Below, one piece after another: positions 1-13,265 of a stretch of 64,000 nt of DNA (within the stretch, counting starts at the first letter, position 1; the number at the start of each line of letters is the position of its first letter). A model generated the notes under the pieces. The model ran no database searches, had not been told where the DNA came from, and saw only the letters and a list, made by a program, of their open reading frames with translations. This DNA is from Bugula neritina (lineage: Eukaryota; Animalia; Bryozoa), in contig OZ037768.1 in NCBI GenBank assembly GCA_964035545.1, positions 24,027,319 to 24,091,318 on the forward strand. The letters run 5' to 3'. The translations under genes were made by a program, and so were the position numbers.

Positions 1-1
1 A

Positions 2-2542
2 GGAATGTGGACGGAAGCTAAAAACAACAAACTAGATGAGCCCTTCTCTAGCGATAGACATAAACTGGATGCGGAGAATTTCTTCGATCTTCAAGTAAGA
101 ACTATGGCTACGTATCACAGCAGTAGCTAATATAACAGCAGCAGCTGATAGGTGTTTGGGTTGTGACAGCAATGGAATAAGTATATTTCATCAATTACCT
201 TTCCTTGAAAATGCTTTATAAAATAACCTGTCGAGTACCACATAGCATAACAAATGAAACATCAAGCAATGGTCTTGCTTATAATGATCAAACTGAACTA
301 ATGTGTCTTTAGATTTTTAAGATGAAATATGTCAATACATGTTAGCAGAGTGAATTTTTATTTAGTCGTTGTCTATTACAATTACTGCACCGAAAAAATT
401 GAGCTTCAATCAAAGCAATACATGTATACTGCTGCTTGAAGATCAAAGATGTTTCTGTAACTATCTGGCAGGTTTCTGTAGGAAACTTTCTACAAAGTAA
501 AATTTTAACAATAAATTGTGTTTTCAGTCTAAAATGACATTTAAAATCAATTCTTAGCTGTTATTACATTATTATCTTTGATTGCCAATTTGTAATAATT
601 TTAGTTTTCTAATGCAATAACTAGCTGTAGCAATGTTTTAAGCTAATTTGCTAAATTAATTTTGTCTCATAGACCAAAGGCAAACGAGTAAATAAAACTT
701 ACAGGCTGTATATGATAATTATAACAATAATGTCGTTAAACTCAGGATTTTGGATCTGAAATAGAACTTTGCATTAAAAAACATCTTTACATTGAACCAT
801 GACTGAGCTAGTTGGTAGTTTGAGTCTGTCAATATTTAATTATTTTTGTTTGTTGAAAACTCCAATTGATGTGAGGTAATAATGGATAGGTAAAGTTAGA
901 TGAATGGACTCTTTAATTGATTTTGTCATTATCTGTAATATTATATAATCATAGCTGAATGAATAATAATCACTATAGCATGAAATGAAAAACTTTAGTA
1001 GCAAATGAATTAAATTGAGCCTTACTTATTCTAATATCTATAGCATCATCATTAACCAATGTTGCACATATGATCTGGTTAAACAGGGAACCAATTTGTT
1101 TGTATCACAGCCCTTTACTGGTTTATCAGCTCTTTATTCAAAAGTAACATAAAAGAAAACAAGTTTATGAGATAAAGAGAAGTAAATACTTTAATTATCT
1201 GAATAACACCAATGGCTTTATTTTCAATCTTATTTCATCATTAACAAAATTATTTACGTTTCAATTGATGTCTCCAGGTCGTATAGCTCTATTAGTACGA
1301 GTAAATAATCTTAGTATACTCTTTACACGGTCGATGTACTTGGGATGAAAATATATGAACATTATTGCATTTGCAATGCCATAGACTGAAAGTAAAATAG
1401 CACTAGTTGCTTCTATTACAATTGCCACTGGTGGAAAAAAGTTAATAGTCTGACAAAGTACATAGACAACGACAAGCAAAATATTAAATAGATAGACAAC
1501 ATAACTCCAGATAATGTATTTACTAGCTGATATTATTAGTTTATCATCAGGTGAGTTTCTTTGAGTCATGGCTTTTAGTTCTCGCCATACTTTTACCAGC
1601 AGAACAGATATTACAAGTGAGAGGATCAGGTTTTGAAGTGCATAGCAAATATACACTACTCTATATTCCAGTGAGGTTGGTATAATTTGAATGTTCAATA
1701 GTTTCCAGCAAAACTTTAGCTCTGGTATCAGACCAAGAGCAAAAGAAGTTGACAACCCAATAAGATATAAAGCTCCAGTGAAATACTTCATGTTGCTAAT
1801 AAAAAAGTGTGTGCTATAGCTGTGCGGATGACAGACTCCAATATACTTTTCAATAGCCGAAACTAAAAATACAATGAATCTGAGAAAAATTACGTAGGCC
1901 ACTCCAGAAATTGTAAGCTTTGAGATCCAATAAGCAGTTTGTGTGTGAAGATGTAGTATAGCTTGCTTAATTCTGCAGCTGAAGTAGATAGATGAAATAC
2001 AGCTGTATAGTATATCAGATATGCTGAAGTTCACCAGAATCCAGAAGTACTTGGTAGTTTTGATCTCTGCCATCTGGTTGAGAATAGTCAGATGTAGAAT
2101 ATTGAGAATTATAGAGAGAAAGTTTATTCCGTCATTAATATATACAAACGGAGGATAGCATTCTTCTGTATCTGTGTGACAAGGTGAAATATCACCATAT
2201 GCTGGACTACTGTAGTTTCCACTCATCTTCTATCTCTTTGCTTAACAAAGTCTGTGCAGATAGTTTACAAAATGTACGAAACTTCAGCCTTCTATTTTAT
2301 ATCTCTACATTCATTTTGTGAGAGAGCTTAACTGATTTTAAAATAGGAAAAGATTAAAAGGCTATAATTTTGGTACAATATTGATGCGACATCAATAATG
2401 TGTGCTGCCTATGGTACTGTCAATGCTGTAATGGTGTATTTTTTACTTTACTGCTGTATCCAGGCATGGATTGGTTGGCTTCAACCACGTGATTCATTTT
2501 ATATATTATATATAATATATATATATAATATATATATATAAT

Positions 2543-2641
<99 letters not shown>

Positions 2642-5600
2642 AAAAGTTTACAGAGATAATTTTCGAAATATTAATAATAACTATAAATGTTAACTAACCC
2701 AACTTTACATTTTTGAGGCCATGGCTTTGCCTATTGCATAATAGATACATTATTTTTGCCCATCGCTGTGTGTTGTAGAAGGAAAGTATGCTGGTTTTTT
2801 ATAATAATGTTGTCTTTCACAGAATTTTTAAGCATGTTTGTTATAAAGAAACACAGAATAGTAGCCATGTTCATATATCAAATATATGTGAGGTTGATCT
2901 TGTTCTCCACTTGTTCTTAAAGGAGAAGGCGAGATACACGTCTGCAACAGGTAGAAAGAGTATCAGTGAGAACTACGCCTACCTGCCAAGCACCTTATCA
3001 GGCATGTCAGATAATGGAATGCCACTCTTCTCTCAGTGGAACTACAAGATACTCTGCCATCCATTAAAGAAAGAAGTCCCTCTAAGCAGGTGAGCAATGG
3101 ACTATAATTACTGTAATATTTTCGACCTGTCTGGCAAGAAGTAGGTTATGGTAAATTATCTTCTAATCCTCAGTTGAAATGATTATCAACTTGTAATTTT
3201 AAACATTTTCAAAAAAAATACATTACAGTGAAATCTACGTCTGTAATTTGGGTCATGACTGTACTGGTCACCCTACTATCTGATTGGTTTATACCTTCAG
3301 ATTCCGTCTAGAAGATGACCTTAGTGTGAGAGTGGCAAGGGCAAAGACATACGAGCAGGCCAAGCTGGAGAGGTTTGCTCGGTTCAGCCTTTGGCCAGCC
3401 ATTGCCGGTCCCAACTCGCCATTTAGACCTTCAAAAGAAGGATACACTAGTCTGACAACTGGGAGTTTCCTGGATAGTCTCATGGCGGAAATCCCAGGTG
3501 TGGTAATTCCCTCTAGCATTCTGTTAGTCAAAGGGGAATCTCCTCTCTCTCTTCAATGTAGCATTACACAAATATGTTATGTCAAAAGGGAATAAAAGTT
3601 AACCCTTAAAAAGATTAAAAACATAATATTTCTTGGATCGAGGTGTTCTTTGGGCAGGAAACCAGACTAGAAACCTAACAAATATGTCTTAATTACCTTA
3701 AGATCAAACCATGGAACTTATGCTTTTTCAATACCATGAATTATAACGTCAGGAGAATTACCAAATACATAGGACTAACGAAATATCATGTAATTTTGAC
3801 ATATTTACAGCTGCTAGTATGCTTGTTATACAGGAAAAGATAATTATGCTGGAGAGATCAAAGATGATGTATTCAATGAAACGGCCTTAGATCATGACTA
3901 TAAACATCCGACTGGGAATCAAAGTCTTCCACGGCCCCCAAAGAATGTAGCTTACTACCATAGGTAAGAATTGGGGCTATTTCTTGTATAGTATAGTCTC
4001 CTGTACAGGTTGTATAACCACATAATACAGGTTGTATAATCTCTCAATACAGGTCGTATAGTCTCCTAATGCAGATTGTATAATATTCTAATACAGGTTG
4101 TACAGAACCAAGACCAAAGATGCTATGGGAAGTGAGATAAGACATCGAGCATTCTCTGACGCTAGCCTCTACATCGCATACAACACACGACCTCAAATCA
4201 CTCCAAGCAAGGTCAGCAATACTATCCAATAGTATAATAGTATACTAGTATAATAGTATAGTAGTATAATAGACAGGGTATTGAATACATGTAGATTTCT
4301 TGTGATTTAGTTGACCAGATTTGTCATCTCATAGCATCACTGTCATAGAGTTTTCTAGAATTTATTACATAAGAAATTTTAAACAAATTATTAAATTGTT
4401 AAAGCAAGAATTTTGACATAACTTCTAGAGTAGGCAAGTATCTGGTGTCTCCATGTTCAAGTTGACTTTCTGGTAAATGATAAGAAGTTTTTGCTTAAAT
4501 ATGTTTGAAAATCTTCTACCATGCACATACTGTTTGTTAGGAAATATATTGATACTTGCTGAATCACAAATTAAGTGCAGCAATGGATAGCTTTGAATAG
4601 TCTAAGTTATTTAATTGCTTTCATTAATTGTGTTTTGGTTTGAAAACAAAACTTCTATTGCAATATTTCTCCTGTGTTAGAACACAGACTACCAAAACTT
4701 CTCCATTACTACACCTACCACCTATCTATCTATAAACATAGCATGTTCATCAGAAGAAAAATCATGACATGAACTGCCCTAACAATGCATTATGTAATGC
4801 CTAACAATAGCTTAGCTTTTGAAACATTTTATACTTTCGAAATTTACAGAAAATTATGTTTATTTGAATCTTGCATATATATGTATCTCATGCTTTCTAA
4901 GCATAAAAGAAAGTGCCATGTGGCATAGGGTCTTCCAAAAATGACCAACACTTACATGCCAACTTCTTATTTGTATAAGAAAAATATTAATCCTAAATAT
5001 ACACTGTGCAGGACATGTGTACAGGACGTAGATATAATTATAACAGTTGTATTCATCTTGTAGGTTGAATGGTGTGTACCCAACAAGGACTGTCATTTAT
5101 GGCAAGCAAGTGTGAGTATTTTCTAAATAAACTGGTATGTGGTTGCCTTGATGCTGCATAGATCTGGGCAGAGTTGATAAACTTTGTAAAGTATTGCCAC
5201 AACTGAAGTGTTGAGTAGTATTTGCAGCGGCTTTTAATTTGTTAAAAAATTACTCTTGAAAATTTACTTGCTTAGAAGTTAATTAATATTAATCATGCAA
5301 ATGGTGAATTTATTCATAATTGAAACATGTGCATATGATATAATGATATTTTTAACATTCTTTATATATATATACACACAAGACGTCTAGGATTGTTTAG
5401 GATAAAATACTAGGGTTGTTTGTTTAAATACATACAGAGAGGTGAATGTAAAACTAAGAAATGTTCCAATTGGAGTCACAGGGTCTCTTATGCCATACCA
5501 TTGGAAATAATTTACCTGACCCCATTACACTCCTGGAATCCATATAATTTAGAGTATAACGCAGGTAAGTGGTGATCTACATACTATCTCAACAGCTATA

Positions 5601-7828
5601 GAAACTCAGCTAACCTAACTTTTGCCTCGAATAAGATTTAGTAAAACCTTAAATGGTCAACAAGTAAGAAACACAAGACCTACTCTCGCTAAACTCCAAC
5701 AATTTTCAGATGACAGAGTGCCAGTCATGTGGAATACGAGCGGGACGTACAGGAGAAACGGTGACCATAGCGAGAAAATGGCCATATATGGAAATTCTAG
5801 ACAATACTTCTACAGAACTCCACACACATTCTTCGGTTTGTTCCACTTACATACTGCTACACAACAAATGAGTCTACTGAGTTTTGAGTTTAGTTTCAAC
5901 TAAGAAATTGAGGTTACGTTATAGTGTGCCTATTAAAATCAGATATAGACCAAACCGTTAGAAAATATAATGCTAGAGAGATTTAGATTTGAATGTAGAC
6001 CTGAATAGGTGTAATGGTTTGTAGATGGACAGAGAGCTATAAAAGACGCAGCAGACTCCCTGAGATTTAGTATGTCTGTGATGGACTCTCAAGGACAGAT
6101 CTGGTGAGTGAGTCACATTATAGATGTGATGATGCTGTCAATAAGATGCCGCTGCCAGTCTTATAAAGGAGTGAAAACTTGTAAACCAGTTTTAACAGTT
6201 CTAAAAAGCATTTTCAGCAATTCAGATGCAGACATGAGTAATGTGTAGGTAATTTGTGTATTTAACCGTAAATTTGAAATACAACAGCTTATAAAGTTGG
6301 GGCGTAAATGATTTTTCAATAGATTGGTAATTTTGCTTTAAATCTATCCATTTGAAACTTAAACTATCATTCAACGTTACTAAGGTTCAAATATACTAAA
6401 CAAAAATATATAGCTATACTATTTTGGTGAAGGAAAACACGGGCTAGTGGTATCCACATCATGACCCCGAATATACCAGGAGTTGGTGTGGTGAGGCAAA
6501 GGTATCCCATCATGCCGGTTCACCAGGCTGGCAGCATGATGTTCAAAGAGATTGATGCTCTAAAAGATGTTACACTAGAGGCAGCAGCTCACAGGAGATT
6601 CTATAGAGATAAAGTGTACCATAATGGGACTATTGAAGAGGTGACATATTTTACTTCATTTCCACGTGGAATTCATCATGCAATTTTCAGCTTCAGGCTT
6701 TGAAAAAACTGCTTTTTCAGACTTAATAACTTAGATGTAACCAGTTTGATTAGTTTTGATGGGAGCAGGTGTTTAAAAGTGCTAAAGCATGGTGTTTTTG
6801 GAGTTATATCAGTTTACAAGTATGGAGCTTAGAATTTGTCATGTTATGTTTCTCGCACTCAAGTTTGGTATGTTTTAAGTTACAATTACTTGTTGTCTTA
6901 ACTCAAAATATTATAAAATTTAATTAGCATGTAATTTAGGTGAGAGTTACTTGTATTAGTTAGTAGATGTATGGCTTCTAAGTTGATCACGATTTTATAA
7001 CAACTCTTTTGGCTGTACAATTTTTATCATGTCATAAATTGCTTTTATTATTATGATGATTGAGCTGACCCTATAATTTAATAGCTAGCAATTGCTTGCT
7101 GCTAGGTGTTCACATTTGAAATTGGGCTGGGTGACAAAAGTGCTGCGGGTCCCCATCATCACACAGTAGACATCACAGAGTCCGAGATAAAAAGACTAAA
7201 AAGTGGCGAGAGAGTGACGGTTCTAACGTCATCTTCAGCAGGACATGACCATGAAATAACGTTAGAATACAGAGTAGCAGTCTATCCAGAAAAGAGAAAG
7301 ATCATAGAGCATTGTGAGTAGAAAGCAACTACTAATCGATTTGATTGAAAATACTATAAGAGATGAGATTTTCTTGACTTATTTGAGATTATTATTTACT
7401 CTAAAAATAATTATTTTTTAAATACTTGATTATTTTAAAGTTACAGCATACTGGGCATAGAACGTTGTCAAAACATTGTTACTGCCACACTCAAGAAAAT
7501 GCTTCTGGTTGCTATATAACGTAACTTCTGTACACAAATAACTAATTGCTTCCAGTAACTTTTCCCAACATAATTCGAGATGGTGAATATGGTTCAATGA
7601 TTTGTCATAAATCACAACTCATTTGCATTCAGTTTCTACATTGCTTCTTGCTCATTAAATATGTTGATTAGGAGTTTATGAAGTTAGATAAAGTGTTAGA
7701 CTTGCTATTTTGCTGTTACAGTATTTCTGACTGCCTGTGACGGGAGAGGGTGGACGTGCTATGATGGACACAAAGGTTGGGTCATATGCAACGAATGTGC
7801 AGACCAATTCCCTGACGTCAATGTATAG
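2..7828 (+). CDS. Uncharacterised multi-exon protein, 5' end outside the window; C-terminal HxH...HxH / Cys-His domain
   Basis: Exons with GT-AG boundaries and consistent phases: <2-94, 2923-3089, 3301-3497, 3834-3963, 4097-4211, 5064-5111, 5438-5564, 5710-5835, 6025-6103, 6433-6640, 7106-7313, 7722-7828 (TAG). They join into one ORF: ...LDEPFSSDRHKLDAENFFDLQ|EKARYTSATGRKSISENYAYLP...LMAEIPG|KDNY...YYHR...SYAIPLEIIYLTPLHSWNPYNL...RQRYPIMPVH...GPHHHTVDI...AGHDHEITL...CDGRGWTCYDGH...PDVNV*. Confidence 0.88.
1261..2226 (-). CDS. Intronless 7TM rhodopsin-like (class A) orphan or chemosensory-type GPCR, nested antisense in intron 95-2922 of the host gene
   Basis: 321-aa ORF with seven hydrophobic segments. 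TM1 has ILN, TM2 has NFSISD, the DRY-like motif is IEKYIGVCHP and the NPxxY-like motif is ANAIMFIYFHPKY. There is an N-terminal N-glycosylation sequon (NYS). Confidence 0.85.
   Translation of the reverse strand: MSGNYSSPAYGDISPCHTDTEECYPPFVYINDGINFLSIILNILHLTILNQMAEIKTTKYFWILVNFSISDILYSCISSIYFSCRIKQAILHLHTQTAYWISKLTISGVAYVIFLRFIVFLVSAIEKYIGVCHPHSYSTHFFISNMKYFTGALYLIGLSTSFALGLIPELKFCWKLLNIQIIPTSLEYRVVYICYALQNLILSLVISVLLVKVWRELKAMTQRNSPDDKLIISASKYIIWSYVVYLFNILLVVVYVLCQTINFFPPVAIVIEATSAILLSVYGIANAIMFIYFHPKYIDRVKSILRLFTRTNRAIRPGDIN
2499..2639. repeat. (TA)n microsatellite
   Basis: Directly visible imperfect TA run. Confidence 0.95.
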
Positions 7829-8215
7829 CACTTGCTAAAAATAATTGCTTTATTAAAATTGTGATTTCTTATAACTTTTTTTTTCTATCAGTGTCTAAAA
7901 ACAGTACACAAAGTATAGAAGAACAATATAATTATTTTCTAGTTGACAAAAAAAACAAATATAATCCCTGAGACATAAAACATGATGAGGTTAGACATAA
8001 ACAATCAGTTAGAAAAAGTTGTGGTTAAACACTATCAATTGGAGCTGAAGATATATATTTTATATAGTTTACAAATTATTTTGTTTACCATTTAAATGAT
8101 ATTATTTGACTAAGTGGCTTTGGTAAAATTTGATCTGTAAAACAAATTCAGGTAAAATATACAATAAACAAACTTGAAAGTGATACAGTGATATTTCCTA
8201 CTAGGATACAAGTTT

Positions 8216-9606
8216 CTACAGGTGAGTATCATTAGTGTGAGAATAAGTAGAAACATTACTATTCTGGTTAATACCGTAGACGGCATTACATATATCGCTG
8301 ACGGCAGCAGAGATTTGCTGAGAAGTTGTCTCCCGGCCCACACTCAGACGCAGAGCATTACACGCTGCCTCATAGGGTATACCACTTGCCAATAGCACTG
8401 CTGAGGCTTTAGAGCCAGCTTTAGAATGGCAGGCAGCTCCTACACTAGCCATTACCTTCTGGCAGTTATCTAACACAGTACGGCCATTGAAGGCATCACC
8501 GACAATGGAGACATTGCACGTGTTGGGTAACCTCTCGGATAAAGAGCTTCTCCCATTTAAAGTGATTCCGTGAGATTTTAATGCAACACTGAGTTCTTCT
8601 TCGAGTTGATCTCTAAGCGTCTGCATATGAAGTTGATATGTTTGAATATTAGCAGTTACGAGCTCACACGCTGCTCCTAAGCCCGCAATCATAGCAGTAT
8701 TCTCTGTACCAGCTCTATAATGTCTTTCCTGACCACCGCCAACAAATATGGGTTCCAGCGGGCAGTCACCCCCTTCCAGATTACGTACGTACAGCGCTCC
8801 GATTCTGGGGCCATAGAACTTGTGGCCGACAATGGTCAAATAATCAACACCTAGATCTTCCACACTGACTCTGATTTTTCCAATAGCCTGGGCAGCATCA
8901 GAATGAAAATACACTCTGTTTTCCGAAGACTGGTTGTAATTTTGAATAGCTTGCGATAAATCTCTAATGGGTTGAATCACACCTTCAAAAATTGTGACAA
9001 ACTTTCAAAAATATAAAACAGAGATAAGACAAAACGTTTCAGTAAATAAGCTAATAGTTTTAATTAAGAAATTTAAATAAACTGATGAAACATTGATAGG
9101 AATAATTTACCTGTTTCATTGTTGGCCAACATGATTGTAATTAGAACAGTATTGGGTCTGATAGCTTCCAAAACATCTGCAACTCTGACAGCATGACTAG
9201 TTTTATCAACTTGTACAAATGTCACATGGGCTTGACCATCATGATGCATTTGTTCTAAAGGTTTTCGGATAGAATCATGCTCTATAGTAGAAGTTATAAT
9301 ATGGGGCACGCTAATATCACCACCACCACCTTTCATTTGATGAACTTTAGCAAATGTGTGAAGTATTGTACAGTTAGATTCAGTGCCACCAGAAGTGAAC
9401 ACTATTTCGCCAGGTTTAGCTTGTATCATGCTTGCAGTCTGCTTTCTAGCCCTTTCCACGTATCGTTTAGCCTCATGCCCAAAGACATTACTACTACTGA
9501 CATTGCCCCATGCATTAGACATAGCATCTTTAACTACTTCTTGCACCTCAGCTGCCATCGGTGTTGTAGCGTTTGTGTCCAAGTAAATAATATCTTTAGC
9601 ATTCAT
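8216..9606 (-). CDS. SCLY: Selenocysteine lyase (PLP-dependent class V aminotransferase fold)
   Basis: Two exons, 9606-9111 and 8982-8216, with a phase-1 GT-AG intron in ...NNETG|VIQP. Motifs: IYLDTNATTP, FTSGGTESN, EHDSIR (Asp146-equivalent typical of SCLY; NFS1 has EHK), HSDAAQAIGK, GHKFYGPRIGALY (PLP lysine) and SVGAACHS (catalytic Cys, SCLY type). Confidence 0.93.
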
Positions 9607-9757
9607 TTCAACTTTAAAATGGTAGCGCTATGAAGGGGAACTAAAAGCACCACCCGTGTGAGCTGACTGTTTCACAGCAAGGTTCTAACTACAATATGGT
9701 TACATGCATACAATAAATCATCAGATATTCTAATTAAATGTACTTCTCAATACTCAC

Positions 9758-9989
9758 ATTTACATATATACATACAGTTTGCATACTGATACTGCTCATA
9801 GACATTCTCTGCCAATTCCAGCAATCTAGACTCAGATACATTGTATTGTTAGATTAGGATACATTGCAAACACTGATGGTTGCGTTGTTAATTGAAAAAT
9901 AGCAGAAACAACCATTAAAAGAGATAGGTGTGCTAATTTTTAGCACCTGGTCAAAACATAAGTAAATATAAAACACGTATAAGCCTAAG
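9758..9989. promoter_or_regulatory. Probable bidirectional promoter and first non-coding exons shared by SCLY and SCAPER
   Basis: A minus-strand donor (GTGAGT at 9757-9752) lies upstream of the SCLY ATG. A plus-strand donor (AAG|GTAAGT at 9990) could splice to the acceptor at about 13237, just before the SCAPER ATG. The two genes are divergent. Confidence 0.45.
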
Positions 9990-12695
9990 GTAAGTGTATG
10001 ATATTAATAAGTATAACATTAACAAGGTTAGTGCTACTATTAATTAACTCTTTTGTCTTACTCTTAGGTTTGCCCATGGCTATAGGCATAGCTATAATAA
10101 TAAGTATTAGTATATATTAATAACAATATATATATAATGTATAATATATATAATTATAGTTATTAATATTTTAAGTTTAACTACGATAATAATAATTATT
10201 ATTATAATGATAATCATAACAAATATAATATTCAAATTGAATTTGAATGAATCATAATGATAATGATAAGCCCAGGACTAATCACTAAGACTAAGAGTAA
10301 GAGTAAGCCTAAGGATAACGTTAACTTATAACTGGATGCAGGATGAGCCTACTCCTAGCCCTAGCATTAGCAATACCATGACGCTCACTGTGACACTGAA
10401 AATGAATACTTACAGTTACTTACAGATAATGATATTTACTTTTACTTTTAGAATAACTAGAACTATAAGAATACATGCCATTTTTAAAAGAATTCTATTT
10501 ATTATTATTATTAAATTTATTTAAATTATTAATACTAAGTCTAATACTAACAGCAACAGTATTACTATTAGTATTACAGTAATACTATAAGTAATAACAA
10601 TAATCTAATCAATTTCCACTTCCAATTTGTGATTACCATGAGGATGACATTGACACTTTAGTTCAGAACAGAGGACTTATCTAATAACAATAATCTTAGA
10701 CCTAGCGCTTATTTGTAACACGTGAAAATGCCTGCATGTTTGACGACTGAACCCTCAAAATAATATTATTGTTATCATAAGTTCAATGAAGTGCACCATC
10801 ATTCTTATTCCTACGATCCAATAATCTTTGGCATATGCATGGAGTTGTCTCCTTTAGGTCATCAAAGATGAAAAAATTAACGCTTCAATTAAAATTGAAG
10901 ATCTAAGGCTTCAATTAAGGTGCACAAACATTAGGCCCGCAGTTAAATAAAAATGAAATTGTTTTAGAAACATTCAACATCAAAATGAAAATGAAATGAC
11001 TCAATAGTGATTTTCAATTTGCATTTAATGTTATTGAAAATTTTGCACTTTTAATTTGCACAGTTTTTAAGGTATTTTAGTTATTGTCGATTTTATTGTT
11101 GAAATCGGATCTTAGCATTAGTTTTACTTTCAGTTTCAGATTCAAACGTCAAACTCAAAGTAAATACTAAAATAGTAATTTATTTGTAATAAGTATGAGT
11201 ATGACATTAACACTAACAGGCTGAGACAGTATCAGTATAACTATAAGTATCGCGATCGGTATGAGTATAAATATTCAAAATCTTAATGCTATTGATAATG
11301 ATAATCAAATGATTAATTGATGATTAACTTGAAGTTTAACTCAAGTTTAATACTAATACTAATAGTAATAGTAGTAGTAGTAGTAATACTAATAGTAATA
11401 CTCAGTAAATGTAATAGTAATGGTCTTAATTGATATCAATTATTATAATTTAATTGCCAATGAAAGGTTATAGTTATGCTGATTGAGTGACTCTGATAAT
11501 TATAGTGAATTATAAGCATGATAAAGCGATATGTTTTATAATAATTGTTGTATTTATAATACTTAATAGAATTAAAACAATATTAATATTATATTCTGAT
11601 CATCACTATCAGTTTGAGAGTTTAAGACATGGGATTGAGTGATACTGATAGTGATACTATTCTTATGAGTATAACTATTTCTATGGTCTATGAGCATCAG
11701 TATAATTGCAATAATATCAACATAACACTAACAGTCCTCATTTTAGCTTCAGTTACTGTAACAGTTCTGTCTTTTAAATTTGAATAAAGATAGTCTTTTC
11801 TAGTTTTGCTCATCAGTGTTTTATTGCGTGGAACTTACATCTTAATGGCATAGTCAAACCAAGATCTACACTGTGTTTTATATGTTAGAGTTTTCACTTT
11901 CTTTCAAGGCTTGGCCAACATTTGACAAGATTCTAAAGATACTATTAACAGCTAAATAAAAAACTAGACTACCAAAGATATAAGCATAATTGTAGGTTAA
12001 AAAGATTTGTTAATGTAGAAAGTAGAAATTATAAAATAGTGAATCAATACATTGTATAAATACTCATTTGCTATTGCCATTGTCAGTTATGAGATATTAA
12101 TGCAAGTTTTTACGTGATGCAAAAGTGATAAGAGTTTATCTAGTTAGTTTAAAGAAAATAATCAATATAACAAATATTAATGTAAATGCAAGTACTATAT
12201 ATACTAATTGATAGACTAAACTTAGTTGCTGTAAACAATATTTTCATTCTATTGCAAGAAGATAATCACCTAAGTTTTCTGGAGCTCATATGGCATGAAA
12301 ACTCAGCTAGAGAGAAACTTAGTCCTAATTTTAATTTATTAACATTTCCTGACATGTCTCACGGAGGGAAGTGTACATGTTGCTCTCTGCAGTCAACCCA
12401 GTCATTATTTGTTGATGTCTAGTAACATACTAAATATATAATAGTTCATTGTATCTAGTTGTAATACAATCATACTGAATATATAATAGTTTTAAATATT
12501 CAACTGAAACTTGGGTGTTAATTAAACTAGATATGTTCTCAGCTAATGTGATCATTGCGATATATAGAGTTTGTTATAAACATCTGAACCAAGAGCCAAA
12601 ATATTCTCAGATATTCATAAATGCATCTCATTCATACAAATTCAGTTTTATTTGTTTAGTAGTTGTCTGCTCTTTTTTAATATAAATATTCTAGC

Positions 12696-12950
12696 TCACA
12701 CATATTGTATAGTAGTATATATACTCACACATATTGTATAGTAGTAAATATACTCACATGTATTGTATAGTAAATATACTCACACATATTGTATAGTAGT
12801 ATACATACTCACACATATTGTATAGTAGTATATATACTCACACATATTGTATAGTAGTAAATATACTCACACATATTGTATAGTAGTAAATATACTCACA
12901 CATATTGTATAGTAGTATATATACTCACACATATTGTATAGTAGTAAATA
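12696..12950. repeat. 29-bp minisatellite (ACTCACACATATTGTATAGTAGTATATAT)
   Basis: About 9 tandem copies. Confidence 0.9.
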
Positions 12951-13265
12951 TGGCATACAGTTTTGGTCAGATAGTTTGTTCACTTAAACTGCTTCATTCG
13001 TTCATTTTTTTCATTCGATTAGAATATTCTGAGTGCTTAAAGATATCTTGTAAGTTAGCGCACAGTGGAAAGCATAAATTATATAATATGCTTATCAAAA
13101 CAGTGAATTCCATTGCAAAGAATAGATATATACACGTAATAACAAACTTATTGTCATCTAACTTATATGTTGTATGAATAGTCTGCTGTGATGTTACACT
13201 GTAGCTATTCGTTCAGAGTGTGCTGGTTTCATGTAGACCTCCTCACTGACTAGTAATGTGGCACT

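Noticed and set aside
8216-9606. Annotation as NFS1/IscS cysteine desulfurase or a bacterial NifS transfer
   Set aside because: EHDS, GHKFYGPR and SVGAACHS are SCLY-type motifs, there is no mitochondrial presequence, and a spliceosomal intron is present.
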